Assembly: GCA_049290115.1 (NCBI GenBank)
Contig: JBATMZ010000238.1
Coordinates: forward strand, 7,347 to 71,346
Length of the DNA: 64,000 nucleotides
Direction: 5' to 3'
DNA from: Saprospiraceae bacterium
GTDB taxonomy: Bacteria > Bacteroidota > Bacteroidia > Chitinophagales > Saprospiraceae
Under the pieces are notes generated by a model. It did not search any database and had not been told where the DNA came from. It worked only from the letters and a program-made list of their open reading frames with translations. Position 1 is the first letter of the stretch. Each line of letters opens with the position of its first letter. Of the stretch, positions 29,438-39,007 are shown piece by piece. The position numbers and the translations under genes are program-made.

Positions 29438-29899
29438 ATGGACATTAAAAAATGGAATAAGGACAATGCAAAAACAAATATTGAAGCTTACTGCGCTTAC
29501 CAAGAAAGGTGTCATTCAGAAGTAAGAAGCAAACTCTTAAACCATGGAATTTATGGTGATTTTTTGGAAGAGTTGATTAGTTCCCTGATAGAAAACAATT
29601 TTTTAAATGAAGAACGGTTTGCCTTATTGTATGCTGGAGGGAAATTTAGAATAAAACGTTGGGGCACCATTAAAATCAAACAAGTACTTAAGTTGAAAGG
29701 GGTCTCTAACTATTCTATTCAACAAGCTTTATCGTCTTTTGAAGATACGGACTATCTGGATGCAATTCAATATTGGGTTGATAAACGGGGTGGTGGAAAA
29801 ATCAAAAGAACGTATCCTGAAAAAATGGACTTGGTCAGATTTATCCAATCCAAAGGTTTTGAAATAGATAAAATATTTGAGGTGCTGGGTGAAGGATGA
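29438..29899 (+). CDS. recX: recombination regulator RecX
   Basis: 153 aa. YCAYQERCHSEVRSKL and repeated three-helix units (FLNEERFA, RWG..KI...L..KG) typical of RecX. Starts 1 nt after the HAD gene stop. Confidence 0.78.
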   Translation: MDIKKWNKDNAKTNIEAYCAYQERCHSEVRSKLLNHGIYGDFLEELISSLIENNFLNEERFALLYAGGKFRIKRWGTIKIKQVLKLKGVSNYSIQQALSSFEDTDYLDAIQYWVDKRGGGKIKRTYPEKMDLVRFIQSKGFEIDKIFEVLGEG

Positions 29900-29929
29900 A
29901 ATCGAACTTTATATAAGTGAAAAAAGAAA

Positions 29930-29976
29930 GACCTGACTCGTTTTTGGTCAAGACAGGTCGATCCAACGTTTTTTTC
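29930..29976. terminator. possible terminator between convergent recX and lipoprotein genes
   Basis: Imperfect hairpin GACCTGAC...GTCAagaCAGGTC with a T7 run 9 nt downstream. The geometry is suboptimal. Confidence 0.35.
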
Positions 29977-29995
29977 ACAGCTTGGAATAAAAGGA

Positions 29996-30382
29996 CTAGT
30001 TAAATTGTAGTGATTTCCATACAGCTACACGAGAGTCCAGATCAACAGTAATGATTCCATCGTGAAAAACAAACAGTAGTGTGTTTTCTGATAATTGAAT
30101 GTTCATTAGCCTATTCGTCGTAAGTTTTTCGTGGGAATATTTCCAAATAAGGTAGCCGGTCTCGGCATTTTGAAACAGCAACGTGATTTTGTCGTTTTCA
30201 GCCACACAGTTGACTTTTTGGTCTTTGTATGGAATCGAATTGAACAGCACTTTTTCGTCAGAGGTTCGAGGAGATAGAATACTCCAAATGACTTTGCCAG
30301 CAAGTTTTCCTACATCTTTCTGTACGTCTTCAAAACATGCCAATAGGGTAGTGGTCATTAAAACTAAAACTAATTTTTTCAT
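29996..30382 (-). CDS. small hypothetical lipoprotein
   Basis: MKKLVLVLMTTTLLAC lipobox at the internal ATG 30382. The ORF-track extension to 30520 only translates the upstream DNA repeats (MRIPHEI / MRISHEI). Confidence 0.5.
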   Translation of the reverse strand: MKKLVLVLMTTTLLACFEDVQKDVGKLAGKVIWSILSPRTSDEKVLFNSIPYKDQKVNCVAENDKITLLFQNAETGYLIWKYSHEKLTTNRLMNIQLSENTLLFVFHDGIITVDLDSRVAVWKSLQFN

Positions 30383-30447
30383 GTGGTTGTTTTTTTGATT
30401 GAGGCAAAGATGAAGTAGTTTTTTCGTCAAATTTTGCAACAAAAAAT

Positions 30448-30468
30448 AAATCTCATGCGAAATCCGCA
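30448..30468. repeat. 21-nt direct repeat copy 1 (aaatctcatgcgaaatccgca), contains imperfect palindrome ATGCG-n5-CGCAT
   Basis: Read directly. Differs from copy 2 at one position (a30460 versus g30511). Confidence 0.9.
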
Positions 30469-30498
30469 TTTTTTTTGATGTTTTTTGGGTTTTTAAAC

Positions 30499-30519
30499 AA
30501 ATCTCATGCGGAATCCGCA
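30499..30519. repeat. 21-nt direct repeat copy 2 (aaatctcatgcggaatccgca), contains perfect palindrome TGCGGA-a-TCCGCA
   Basis: Read directly. Located 51 nt from copy 1, upstream of the lipoprotein gene start (30382, minus) and downstream of the MBL gene stop (30620). Confidence 0.9.
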
Positions 30520-30619
30520 ATTATTTTTGAAATAAATGCGATATTAACATATATTATATATGTTTTTTCCACTCAAAAAGTGTAAAAAGACGTAAAAAGA
30601 AGGGTTGTGGTAAAATATT

Positions 30620-31546
30620 TTAGTTCAATTCCATAAAAACGGCATCCAAACTACGGTGAATTCCATCACCTTGCCACTCTTCAGCACCGGGAATGACATT
30701 AATTTCTGCTTTCATTTCTTCAATAGTTTTTCCTTGGTTGACATATTTCTGTCCTATTTCGAGTAGCTTTTCAAGATAGTTTTGAAAGGCTTTGATATCA
30801 TCAAAATTTCCAGTCACTTCAAAACCATCTCTTTTGTGACCAAATATAAAAATAGTTTCTTTGGTAAAAAAGGTTTGGATTTTATCTAGGACATCTATCC
30901 ACGAACCAATATGAGCACCAGAAGATTTGTCGATGTATGGAAATCTACGATTAAAAATTAAATCCCCGAGGTGGGTCACATTTGCATTTTCGTAATGAAT
31001 GATCGTATCTCCGTTGGTATGGGCAGGTCCAAAGTACATTAACTGAACATTTTCATTACCTACATTATAGCTGATTTTGTCTAAAAACGAAGTCGATGGT
31101 ATCAATGCCTTGTCGAGTGTCTTTTGTTGTGTAGCTACTCTTGTATAATTGCGGATGGCGTTTTCGTGAGCAACATGATGTATGAGTCTGTCCTTAAAAA
31201 CGATATTTCCTGAGGTATGGTCGCTGTGATGATGAGTGTTGATCAGTAAATTGATCTTTTGATCTGGATTATATTTGTTTATTTCCGAAAGGAGATTATT
31301 GGACTGATCTGGAAATTGTGTGTCAACAATACTAATCCCTGTTTTGTGAACTGACCAACCGATTGTTCCGCCTTTTTCTTCAAAATACCCAACACCATTT
31401 CTGATTTCTTTAAAGGTATAAGGTCCCCCACTTTGATTTTGAATAGATAACAATGATTTTGATTTGCAAGATGAAAAAAGTGAAGATAAAAAATAAACAT
31501 AAGCTGATGAAAAAGCGGCATGTTGTATAAAATTTCTTCTGTTCAT
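30620..31546 (-). CDS. MBL-fold metallo-hydrolase with twin-arginine signal
   Basis: MNRRNFIQHAAF Tat-type signal. Metal motif NTHHHSDHTSGN. Downstream HTNGD and GH residues. Confidence 0.85.
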   Translation of the reverse strand: MNRRNFIQHAAFSSAYVYFLSSLFSSCKSKSLLSIQNQSGGPYTFKEIRNGVGYFEEKGGTIGWSVHKTGISIVDTQFPDQSNNLLSEINKYNPDQKINLLINTHHHSDHTSGNIVFKDRLIHHVAHENAIRNYTRVATQQKTLDKALIPSTSFLDKISYNVGNENVQLMYFGPAHTNGDTIIHYENANVTHLGDLIFNRRFPYIDKSSGAHIGSWIDVLDKIQTFFTKETIFIFGHKRDGFEVTGNFDDIKAFQNYLEKLLEIGQKYVNQGKTIEEMKAEINVIPGAEEWQGDGIHRSLDAVFMELN

Positions 31547-31577
31547 CTCGGATTATATTTTCGAATGCAATAATTTT

Positions 31578-31585
31578 CAAAAATA
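31578..31585 (-). promoter_or_regulatory. Bacteroidota -7 box TATTTTTG (MBL hydrolase)
   Basis: Plus strand reads caaaaata. The box is 31 nt upstream of ATG 31546. Confidence 0.45.
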
Positions 31586-31717
31586 CAAAATTGTTTTAAA
31601 TATTAAAAAGGGAGTTGAAGAAATGAGAAATAAAAGTTGGGATTTTTACGCCGCAGACAATGAGAAGTTGTTATTTATCAAAAAGTCAATAAAAGTCGAA
31701 GTAGGAATAGACTATCC

Positions 31718-34700
31718 CTAGTCAATCACCACCACTGGAAAACTGAACCTGTTTTCACCATTATCGACCAACAAGTAATACATCCCACTTCGGGTGGCAA
31801 AGGGTAGCGGAATTTCAAGTAATCCGGAGGATTGTGCTTGAAGAAAAGTGTCAAATCGGTGAGCTATCTTTCCATTCAAATCCATTAATTTGCAGGAAAT
31901 TAAGTTATTAGGAATGGACGTATAGGACAGCCTAATCTCACCTTTTACGGGATTTGCCAACAAGGAGAAAGTAGCCATTTCTTCTTGGACAGGTTTCATT
32001 TTGTTCCAACGAATATATAGGGGGAAGGGTTTTTCACCTATGTACACTTCTGACGACTGTAAAGACCAATTCTCTTCATCTTGGTATAATTCAGAATAGC
32101 TTTCTAGATCTATAGAAAATAGAGAAGTATTCTTTTCTAATACTATAGGTTGATCAGTATAACCTATGATTTTTAACCAATGGTGATGTTCGTCTTTAGG
32201 GAGAAAAGCATAGTCCAGGTAAAATCCATATTGATTTAAAGTAGATACAATTTTAGGTGCTTTGGAAAGATAGGAAATGGGCACTTCCAAAAATATTTGG
32301 AATCCATCCAATGACATGGTATTTTCATTGCTAACTTCTATCGTCGTTTCTTCATTATTTTGACGTGGAGAAAAAACAAAATAATCGTTTACAAGACGAG
32401 TTTCTAGTGATCCTGATAAATTATCGTGCTCAAAACTTTGATTGATGTCTCCCACTTTTATAGCTATAAAATCATTATCAAATGATGGGGATTTTGTGAT
32501 CAATGTATCAGTATACGGTTTTCCAAATGGGCCTAGAGGAAAATCTTCTTTCGTATCAACAAAAATCCAAGAAGGTGTCTGGTTTGGAAAGGTGGTTCTC
32601 ATGCCCAAAATAACTTTTCTTAATTCTACTAAGTCAATTGAATTCAAACTTCTCGATTGATTTACATCAGCCGCTAGATATGTATAAGGATTGTCAAATA
32701 CTTTAGTACCAATAATGTGACGCTGGATAAGGACAATATCTAATGTTGATAAACCTACACCTACCTTGGATGTTAGTCTAGGCTTGAGTATAAACTGGTA
32801 TTCATCACTCACTTGCGGGATGATATATTTTCCGGATTCATTGGCGTGGGCAACACTATGTTCTGTTTTGTCGATGGCCCTGAATTGTACTTGAATATCT
32901 TCTGGAGAATATCCAGTAGTTGTGGTTATTTTACCTTCAATATTTCCGATAATATTCGTATTTGGGCAAACATCACTATTGTCCGTAAGGAAAACAGTAA
33001 CCGAACAAAAATGCTGATTGCCTGCAAGATCAGTCACGTACAAATTGACTGGAACCACGGACTCTCTACCATTTGGAATGTCTTCACATCCTAAAAATAT
33101 CACATTATGTAAAGTGTCTGTAGAAAATGAAAAGGCCAAGCGGTGTTGTGGAGTGCAATTGTCCAAACTACCTAAATCCAAGTCAATAGCCCAAATCTCG
33201 GCCATATGATTTACCTCATCGAGGGTCATGCTCACTTGTGAAATACAGTAAGGCGTTGGTTTTTTGCAGTCTTTGACTTCTATGTTTCTGTTACAGAAAG
33301 TCATATTGCCACATTGATCTCTGACGGTCCATTTGATTGAATGGTGGCCGTTGGGTAGAAGTTGTTGCACACTGTTTTTTGTTCCCGAAAAATCGAGGAT
33401 ACCATCCTGATTGAGATCAATGGAATATTCCCACGCTAAGCTAGCTAATGGCGTACAATCATCTGTTGCAAATGCAGTCAAAGTCGCTAACGTCGGGGCA
33501 CAATTTTCTTCTACATTACAAATGAGCGTATCGGTACAAGTTGATTGAATCGTAGGAGCAACTTGATTGCTTATTTTGATGATTTGCGTATAGGGTCCCC
33601 ATCGACCTTCTAAGGTGGTTTCGTTAAACTGGCACCAATCAATGACGTACCAATTTCTAAATATTTTCACACAAGCACTATCGGCAATAAAAAACGGCTG
33701 ATCTTCGTAGGTGGAAGCGATGACGCCACAAGATGTATTTTTAAATCTAGGCGCACCAGCCACTGTAGTATCCACATCTGACACCTTACATCCAATGCCT
33801 GTATAATGGCTAGGCCACGTGATATCGTTGTAGTCAAAAGGATCAGGGTTATATAAAGAGATGATTTGTGTACAAGAGTCTTTTCGTTGACCTTTGTCAG
33901 TAGCGATAAAAGTTCGTCGAATGGTACCAGTAAAACAGGTGACATCAAAAAGGTTTCTTTTTTCAATGGTAACCGAACAATTGTCGGTGGTAATTCCATC
34001 CTGTCCTACGATGCCATTGTTGATTCGGTCTATGATGACAATAGATTTTCGATCACCGCTTGTCAGGGCCACTTTGCCAAAAACATCTAAATTTTGAGGG
34101 TCATAAGCGTGGTCACAACTAATCGTTAGGTGACTTGGACAAGTGATGGAAGGTGGTAGTTTATCTTCCACTTCTACTTCTACATGGCAGGTATTGACCA
34201 ATCCATGGATATCGGTTACTTGCATACTCACATGTTGGATGGTTCCTATATCTTCACAACAAAAATCGGCAGAAGTTCTCCATTCCAGCGTATGGCCACA
34301 AGGGTCATTTTTTCGTTTTATTTCGTATTTTAGAATGCCACAATTGTCCCAAGACCCATCATCGAGTGAGGTAGCATTTAATCGGGCTCTACCTATATGA
34401 TCGAGGGATATTTTGGTGGTTTTGTCACAGACTGGAATCGGTGGTGCAATGTCAACAACGGTGAGGTGCATTTCACAAAGTGACGTGTTTTGGCAGACGT
34501 CGACCAACGTATATTTGACGATATATTCCCCAATGGGAAGGTTGTTTACGAAGTATTGTTGGTTGGTATAAAAGAGATAAGTATTCAAACTATGTCCTTG
34601 TAAATCAGTGATTTGTACAAGGGTTTGAAAATCACTACAATCTTTTATATTCGTAGGAAGTGGGAGATTTTGTTGACCTGTGGCACATGTATAAAACCCT

Positions 34701-35998
34701 GTACCTAAGGTTAAATCTACGGGACAAACAAACTGAGGTCCGTTTTTATCTTTGACCAAAATGATTTGGTTTCGGGTAGTACTTTCCTGGCTGCACCATT
34801 CGATGACAAACCACGATCGGGCCAATTTAAAACCAGCTCCGCATGTTTCGAAGCGGATGTCTGTCATGACGATGCCTATATTCGAACAAGAACCACCCGA
34901 AGGTATGCCGGTCGTATCTGTACTTGGGTGCCCATTGGGAAACACGGGAAAAGAATCAAGACAGTTGAACGAAGGATTTTGAACATCATCAAAAGAAGGA
35001 GGGAAAACGATGTCGCTTAGTATGGCTTTGCGCAATAATATTTTTTGTGTACAAGTACTTAGATTTTGCGATGCATCTTTAGCACTCCATGTTCGGGTGA
35101 TCATTTTGTCGTAGACGGGAATCGAACAGTCCATTTTTTCAGTTTCGTCGGTGTACGACAATTGAACCTGACTACAAGCATCCCAATTTCTAATATAATA
35201 TTTGTTGTTTTTAAAACTGTCTACTGCTGCCAAAATCGGAATAGGCAAAGCTAAAGAATCGGGGTGTGAAGACAGGATGCAGGAAATGGTATCATTTCGA
35301 CATTCAAAGATAGGAGGGTAGTAGTCGGAAACTTGAAGGTTGCCCCAACAATAATGGCTAGTACAAATATGTCCTACTTTAAAAGTGATGTTTTGTGCGA
35401 TGTGGTCTTTGGTCAGCAATTCATTGGGAATCCTCACTTGATTTTTGTCGTACATTTCTACGATGTAATCCTGATACGGTATACGAGGGTTTGCAATGAG
35501 TGTGGATGCATCTAAGAGGATGGTACAATCAAAATTGAGGGACACGTGGAGGTTGGTATTACATACAAGAGAGGGGGGAGGGGGGAAAGAAATCCGGACT
35601 TGATCCGACACTTGCACTTTTGGGCCGTTGGTTCCCGTGATAGGGTCTAGGTCAGGGTCATCGGAAACGAGGGTTAGGGTAAAATTTCCAAGGCTATTAT
35701 CTTGAACACCTGGAATATAAGAAGTTGCTGTTGAAAAACGAGCACTTGTCGTGTACCCAGGTAAAAATCGGCCATCTCCAGAGGTGAACCAATACCCATT
35801 GGTTACTTCACCACTTATGGTGGCATTTAGGGTAGAAATAGGTAGCGAAGCGCCAGGACATAGATTTTGGTCCTCACCGGCGAATACGTCGATGGCCATA
35901 ATTTGGGACCTGGATTCGGGAGATGATGTTTTCCACCCTCCCACGAGGGTAGTGGATATAATCAAAAATGAAAACCATATGTTAAACCGGGACTTCAA
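31718..35998 (-). CDS. giant T9SS-sorted surface protein with HYR-like Ig repeats and a dockerin-like module
   Basis: At least 8 Cys-bracketed modules ending ...W...D..GN...C.Q.I.V.D...P..C (for example IKWTVRDQCGNMTFCNRNIEVKDCKKPTPYC). Dockerin-like LSTLDIVLIQRHIIG...AADVNQSRSLNSIDLVELRKVILG. C-terminal FSLLANPVKGEIRLSY...MYYLLVDNGENRFSFPVVV resembles a T9SS CTD. TTG start. Confidence 0.75.
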   Translation of the reverse strand: MKSRFNIWFSFLIISTTLVGGWKTSSPESRSQIMAIDVFAGEDQNLCPGASLPISTLNATISGEVTNGYWFTSGDGRFLPGYTTSARFSTATSYIPGVQDNSLGNFTLTLVSDDPDLDPITGTNGPKVQVSDQVRISFPPPPSLVCNTNLHVSLNFDCTILLDASTLIANPRIPYQDYIVEMYDKNQVRIPNELLTKDHIAQNITFKVGHICTSHYCWGNLQVSDYYPPIFECRNDTISCILSSHPDSLALPIPILAAVDSFKNNKYYIRNWDACSQVQLSYTDETEKMDCSIPVYDKMITRTWSAKDASQNLSTCTQKILLRKAILSDIVFPPSFDDVQNPSFNCLDSFPVFPNGHPSTDTTGIPSGGSCSNIGIVMTDIRFETCGAGFKLARSWFVIEWCSQESTTRNQIILVKDKNGPQFVCPVDLTLGTGFYTCATGQQNLPLPTNIKDCSDFQTLVQITDLQGHSLNTYLFYTNQQYFVNNLPIGEYIVKYTLVDVCQNTSLCEMHLTVVDIAPPIPVCDKTTKISLDHIGRARLNATSLDDGSWDNCGILKYEIKRKNDPCGHTLEWRTSADFCCEDIGTIQHVSMQVTDIHGLVNTCHVEVEVEDKLPPSITCPSHLTISCDHAYDPQNLDVFGKVALTSGDRKSIVIIDRINNGIVGQDGITTDNCSVTIEKRNLFDVTCFTGTIRRTFIATDKGQRKDSCTQIISLYNPDPFDYNDITWPSHYTGIGCKVSDVDTTVAGAPRFKNTSCGVIASTYEDQPFFIADSACVKIFRNWYVIDWCQFNETTLEGRWGPYTQIIKISNQVAPTIQSTCTDTLICNVEENCAPTLATLTAFATDDCTPLASLAWEYSIDLNQDGILDFSGTKNSVQQLLPNGHHSIKWTVRDQCGNMTFCNRNIEVKDCKKPTPYCISQVSMTLDEVNHMAEIWAIDLDLGSLDNCTPQHRLAFSFSTDTLHNVIFLGCEDIPNGRESVVPVNLYVTDLAGNQHFCSVTVFLTDNSDVCPNTNIIGNIEGKITTTTGYSPEDIQVQFRAIDKTEHSVAHANESGKYIIPQVSDEYQFILKPRLTSKVGVGLSTLDIVLIQRHIIGTKVFDNPYTYLAADVNQSRSLNSIDLVELRKVILGMRTTFPNQTPSWIFVDTKEDFPLGPFGKPYTDTLITKSPSFDNDFIAIKVGDINQSFEHDNLSGSLETRLVNDYFVFSPRQNNEETTIEVSNENTMSLDGFQIFLEVPISYLSKAPKIVSTLNQYGFYLDYAFLPKDEHHHWLKIIGYTDQPIVLEKNTSLFSIDLESYSELYQDEENWSLQSSEVYIGEKPFPLYIRWNKMKPVQEEMATFSLLANPVKGEIRLSYTSIPNNLISCKLMDLNGKIAHRFDTFLQAQSSGLLEIPLPFATRSGMYYLLVDNGENRFSFPVVVID

Positions 35999-36534
35999 TT
36001 ATATTATATTTATTTACAATTTGTATTTATTTTTATATGTGTAGAATACATATTATGAATATTTATCATACAATAATCATACCAATAAATATGAATTTAC
36101 TAGGAGTAAAAAAATGTGAATTTGAAAATTGCTTTTTGGTTGAATGGCAAAGGAACTCCCTTATTTGAAATTAATAAAACAAAGTTTTTAATAGCACCCG
36201 TATATTTTTTTTAAATAAAAATGAAATCACTTCTTTCACGATGTTTTAAGGCTACCAAAATTAATAGGTCGTGGCAATACTTCGTCATATTTTCCATATA
36301 AAATATAGGCAATGAATTTGTAATCTGATATAAATATAAAATAACTTAAATTTAATCATTTTATTAAGTATATAGAAACATAATTATTCAAATTTAGTCT
36401 TGATTTCCTACGTATAACTCACGAAAATAAAGACCAAAGTTTATGTAAAATAAAGATTAGATTTCACCGACTCCACCAACGTTTTACACTTTTTTTCCGT
36501 CAATAGATATATAGTCTAACATAAAATATTGAAT

Positions 36535-36939
36535 ATGAAAAATGTATCGTTTTTACTTCCCTTGGTATTATTGATGTCGATCAACATGATTTCTTGCAAC
36601 AAGGATGTAGAAAAAGTGAAATGTACCGCGGATATCAAAATGTATTTTCATAATCAAACGGATCAGCGAATCTCAAACCTTATTGTAAATGATGTCATAG
36701 TAGGAGTTATTCCAAAAGGCTCGAATAGTGGTGAAGTTTGTTTTGACACCTTTGGCACGGATACAGGATTCCCAGATTGTCGATTGACAGGCATGTATGA
36801 TGGAGAAATCCTAGAAAGTACTTGTCAGTTCTATTGGTGTGGAACGGAAAAAAGTACATTATCTCCAGGCACCTATCACATCAACATCAACCTAGTAAGC
36901 TGGGATAATAAAAAATATTTTTCCTTGGATTTTAGGTAG
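36535..36939 (+). CDS. small Cys-rich hypothetical lipoprotein
   Basis: MKNVSFLLPLVLLMSINMISC lipobox, with six further Cys residues. No family recognised. Confidence 0.5.
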   Translation: MKNVSFLLPLVLLMSINMISCNKDVEKVKCTADIKMYFHNQTDQRISNLIVNDVIVGVIPKGSNSGEVCFDTFGTDTGFPDCRLTGMYDGEILESTCQFYWCGTEKSTLSPGTYHININLVSWDNKKYFSLDFR

Positions 36940-37095
36940 AAAGTTTCTTTAACTTCTTTGAGGTTCAGAGGAATTCTCGATAATATTTTGTCACAATTTT
37001 TGAAAAAAAAGCAAAATAGCGCCAAAATGGATAGATCATTTCTGTTATCCTATGGTAGAAACCTTTAGCAATTAATGATTAAAAAACAGATTTTA

Positions 37096-39003
37096 TTACC
37101 TGTTTTTACCTTTGTAGAATGGTTTTTTATTGCCAGGCTGAAATGGACGAGGTTCCTTTTCTTTTGTCGCCCCATTGCCTCCTAATAACCGCTCTATCAG
37201 ATCAGGGCGATTGATCTTGGTTAGCCTATTTTTTATCCATTGTCTAAATTCGGGCTTATACCAGAAAAAATAATTATTCTGTGTTTTTTTATCTTCCTTG
37301 CTTTTTGGCGTAACCACTGGTTGTAGGGTATAGGGATGAACTCCCGAATAATATATCACCGTTGCAACTGTCATAGGCGTCGGCGTAAAATCTTGTACTT
37401 GTTCGAGGCGAAAACCTAAGTCCTTAGTCTCTGCCGCCAGGTTAGCCATGTCTTCTTCTGTGGTACCCGGATGCGAACTAATAAAATACGGAATCAAAGG
37501 TTGTTTGAGCTTAAATTTTTCCTGAATAGCATCATACTTTTCTTTAAATTTTTTAAAATATTTAAAGGAGGGTTTTCGCATGATTTTTAAAGTTGCATCA
37601 CCTGTATGTTCGGGAGCAACTTTCAATCGACCACAAACATGTTTGGTGACCAATTGCTCCATATATTCGTCGTGGTTATTGTCTTTGTTATTTTTATTAA
37701 AATCATCGACCAACAAATCATATCGTACACCTGAAGTGACAAACGCTTTTTTGACACCAGGATGACTATCTACCTTTTTGTATATTTCAGTTAGTGGCTT
37801 GTGAGACACATCGAGATTAGAACAAATGACGGGATGAATACAACTTGGAGCCTGACAACGGGCACATATACTTTCATCCTTGCCTTTCATTTTGTACATG
37901 TTGGCTGAAGGGCCTCCTAAATCTGAAATATAACCTTTAAACTCGGGGTGTTTGACCAATTCGTCTACCTCTTTCAAGATGGATTTTTCGGATCTGGAAG
38001 CGATAAATTTTCCTTGGTGGGCAGAAATTGTACAAAAGCTACAACCACCAAAACAACCGCGGTGCATATTGACGGAAAACTTAATCATTTCATAGGAAGG
38101 GATAGCACCCCTTTTATTGTATTTTGGATGCGGCAATCTCGTATAAGGCAGGTCAAAGGACTGATCCATTTCCTCTTCTGTCATCGTAACAAATGGCGGA
38201 TTGATGACCAATGTTTTTCCGCCCACCTCTTGTATTATTCTATTGGCTTGCCATTTGTTGGATTCTACTTCTACGATTTTAAAATTGGCAGCATACTTAA
38301 TTTTGTCCTTGAGGCAATCTTCATGACTGGAGAGTGAAACGGTGTTCCACTTTTTCATCTCTGGCACCTTTTCTGTAAGGTAAGAAATTTGGTTGATATC
38401 CTTTATTGATGTTAATGGAACCCCTTTTTTGACTAGTCTTAATAACTGTCTGAGTGGTTGTTCGCCCATTCCATACACCAACATGTCCGCCTTGGAATCC
38501 ACCAAAATAGAAGGCATCAGCCTATCTGACCAATAGTCGTAATGGGTCACTCTACGTAGAGATGCTTCAATCCCTCCGATTAAAATAGGAACTTCAGGGT
38601 ATAGGTTTTTGAGAATATTGCAATATTCAATCGTGGCATAATCGGGTCTAAAACCAGCACTTCCACCAGGGGTATATCCATCAGTAGATCGTTTTCTTTT
38701 ACCAGCAGTGTAGTGATTGACCATTGAATCCATACAACCTGCTGTGACACCAAAAAAGTATTTGGGTTTGCCAAACTTTTTAAAATCACGTAGATCATCT
38801 TGCCAATTCGGCTGAGGGATGATTCCTATTCGAAAACCTTCACTTTCAATGATTCTACCTATGACAGCTGTTCCAAATGTAGGGTGGTCAACGTAGGCAT
38901 CACCCGACACTAAAATGATGTCGAGTTGTTCCCAACCCCTTGATTCCACTTCCTTTTGGGTAATAGGTAGCCAATCCGATAACGGTCTTTTTTGTTGATC
39001 CAT
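37096..39003 (-). CDS. ygiQ: YgiQ-family radical SAM protein (UPF0313)
   Basis: N-terminal DIILVSGDAYVDHPTFG and radical-SAM cluster motif RGCFGGCSFCTISAHQG. 635 aa with a basic C-terminal tail, as in YgiQ. Confidence 0.9.
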   Translation of the reverse strand: MDQQKRPLSDWLPITQKEVESRGWEQLDIILVSGDAYVDHPTFGTAVIGRIIESEGFRIGIIPQPNWQDDLRDFKKFGKPKYFFGVTAGCMDSMVNHYTAGKRKRSTDGYTPGGSAGFRPDYATIEYCNILKNLYPEVPILIGGIEASLRRVTHYDYWSDRLMPSILVDSKADMLVYGMGEQPLRQLLRLVKKGVPLTSIKDINQISYLTEKVPEMKKWNTVSLSSHEDCLKDKIKYAANFKIVEVESNKWQANRIIQEVGGKTLVINPPFVTMTEEEMDQSFDLPYTRLPHPKYNKRGAIPSYEMIKFSVNMHRGCFGGCSFCTISAHQGKFIASRSEKSILKEVDELVKHPEFKGYISDLGGPSANMYKMKGKDESICARCQAPSCIHPVICSNLDVSHKPLTEIYKKVDSHPGVKKAFVTSGVRYDLLVDDFNKNNKDNNHDEYMEQLVTKHVCGRLKVAPEHTGDATLKIMRKPSFKYFKKFKEKYDAIQEKFKLKQPLIPYFISSHPGTTEEDMANLAAETKDLGFRLEQVQDFTPTPMTVATVIYYSGVHPYTLQPVVTPKSKEDKKTQNNYFFWYKPEFRQWIKNRLTKINRPDLIERLLGGNGATKEKEPRPFQPGNKKPFYKGKNR

Positions 39004-39007
39004 AGGG

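Noticed and set aside
30383-30520. N-terminal 46-aa extension of ORF 29996..30520 (MRIPHEI...MRISHEIY...)
   Set aside because: The repeated peptide only translates the 21-nt DNA repeat. The internal ATG 30382 gives a clean lipoprotein signal and has a near-consensus -7 box 22 nt upstream.
30546-30564. Perfect AT-only palindrome AACATATAT-t-ATATATGTT downstream of the MBL gene
   Set aside because: It is all A/T base pairs in an AT-rich spacer, so the hairpin would be very weak. Such palindromes arise readily in (AT)n-like sequence. It is noted only as context for the 21-nt repeats.
35572-35584. G6-A-G6 tract (encoding PPPP) in the HYR-like surface protein gene, and a G7 tract at 21844-21850 in the propeller gene, considered as slipped-strand phase-variation switches
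   Set aside because: An equal G7 run occurs in housekeeping uvrA (14689-14695, the LSGGE codons). The tracts are short, and nothing suggests they are anything but codon content.
36471-36478. ctccacca string reminiscent of a tmRNA or tRNA 3' end
   Set aside because: No T-arm (GGTTCGAAT-like) or acceptor-stem complement precedes it. The surrounding sequence is unstructured AT-rich DNA.
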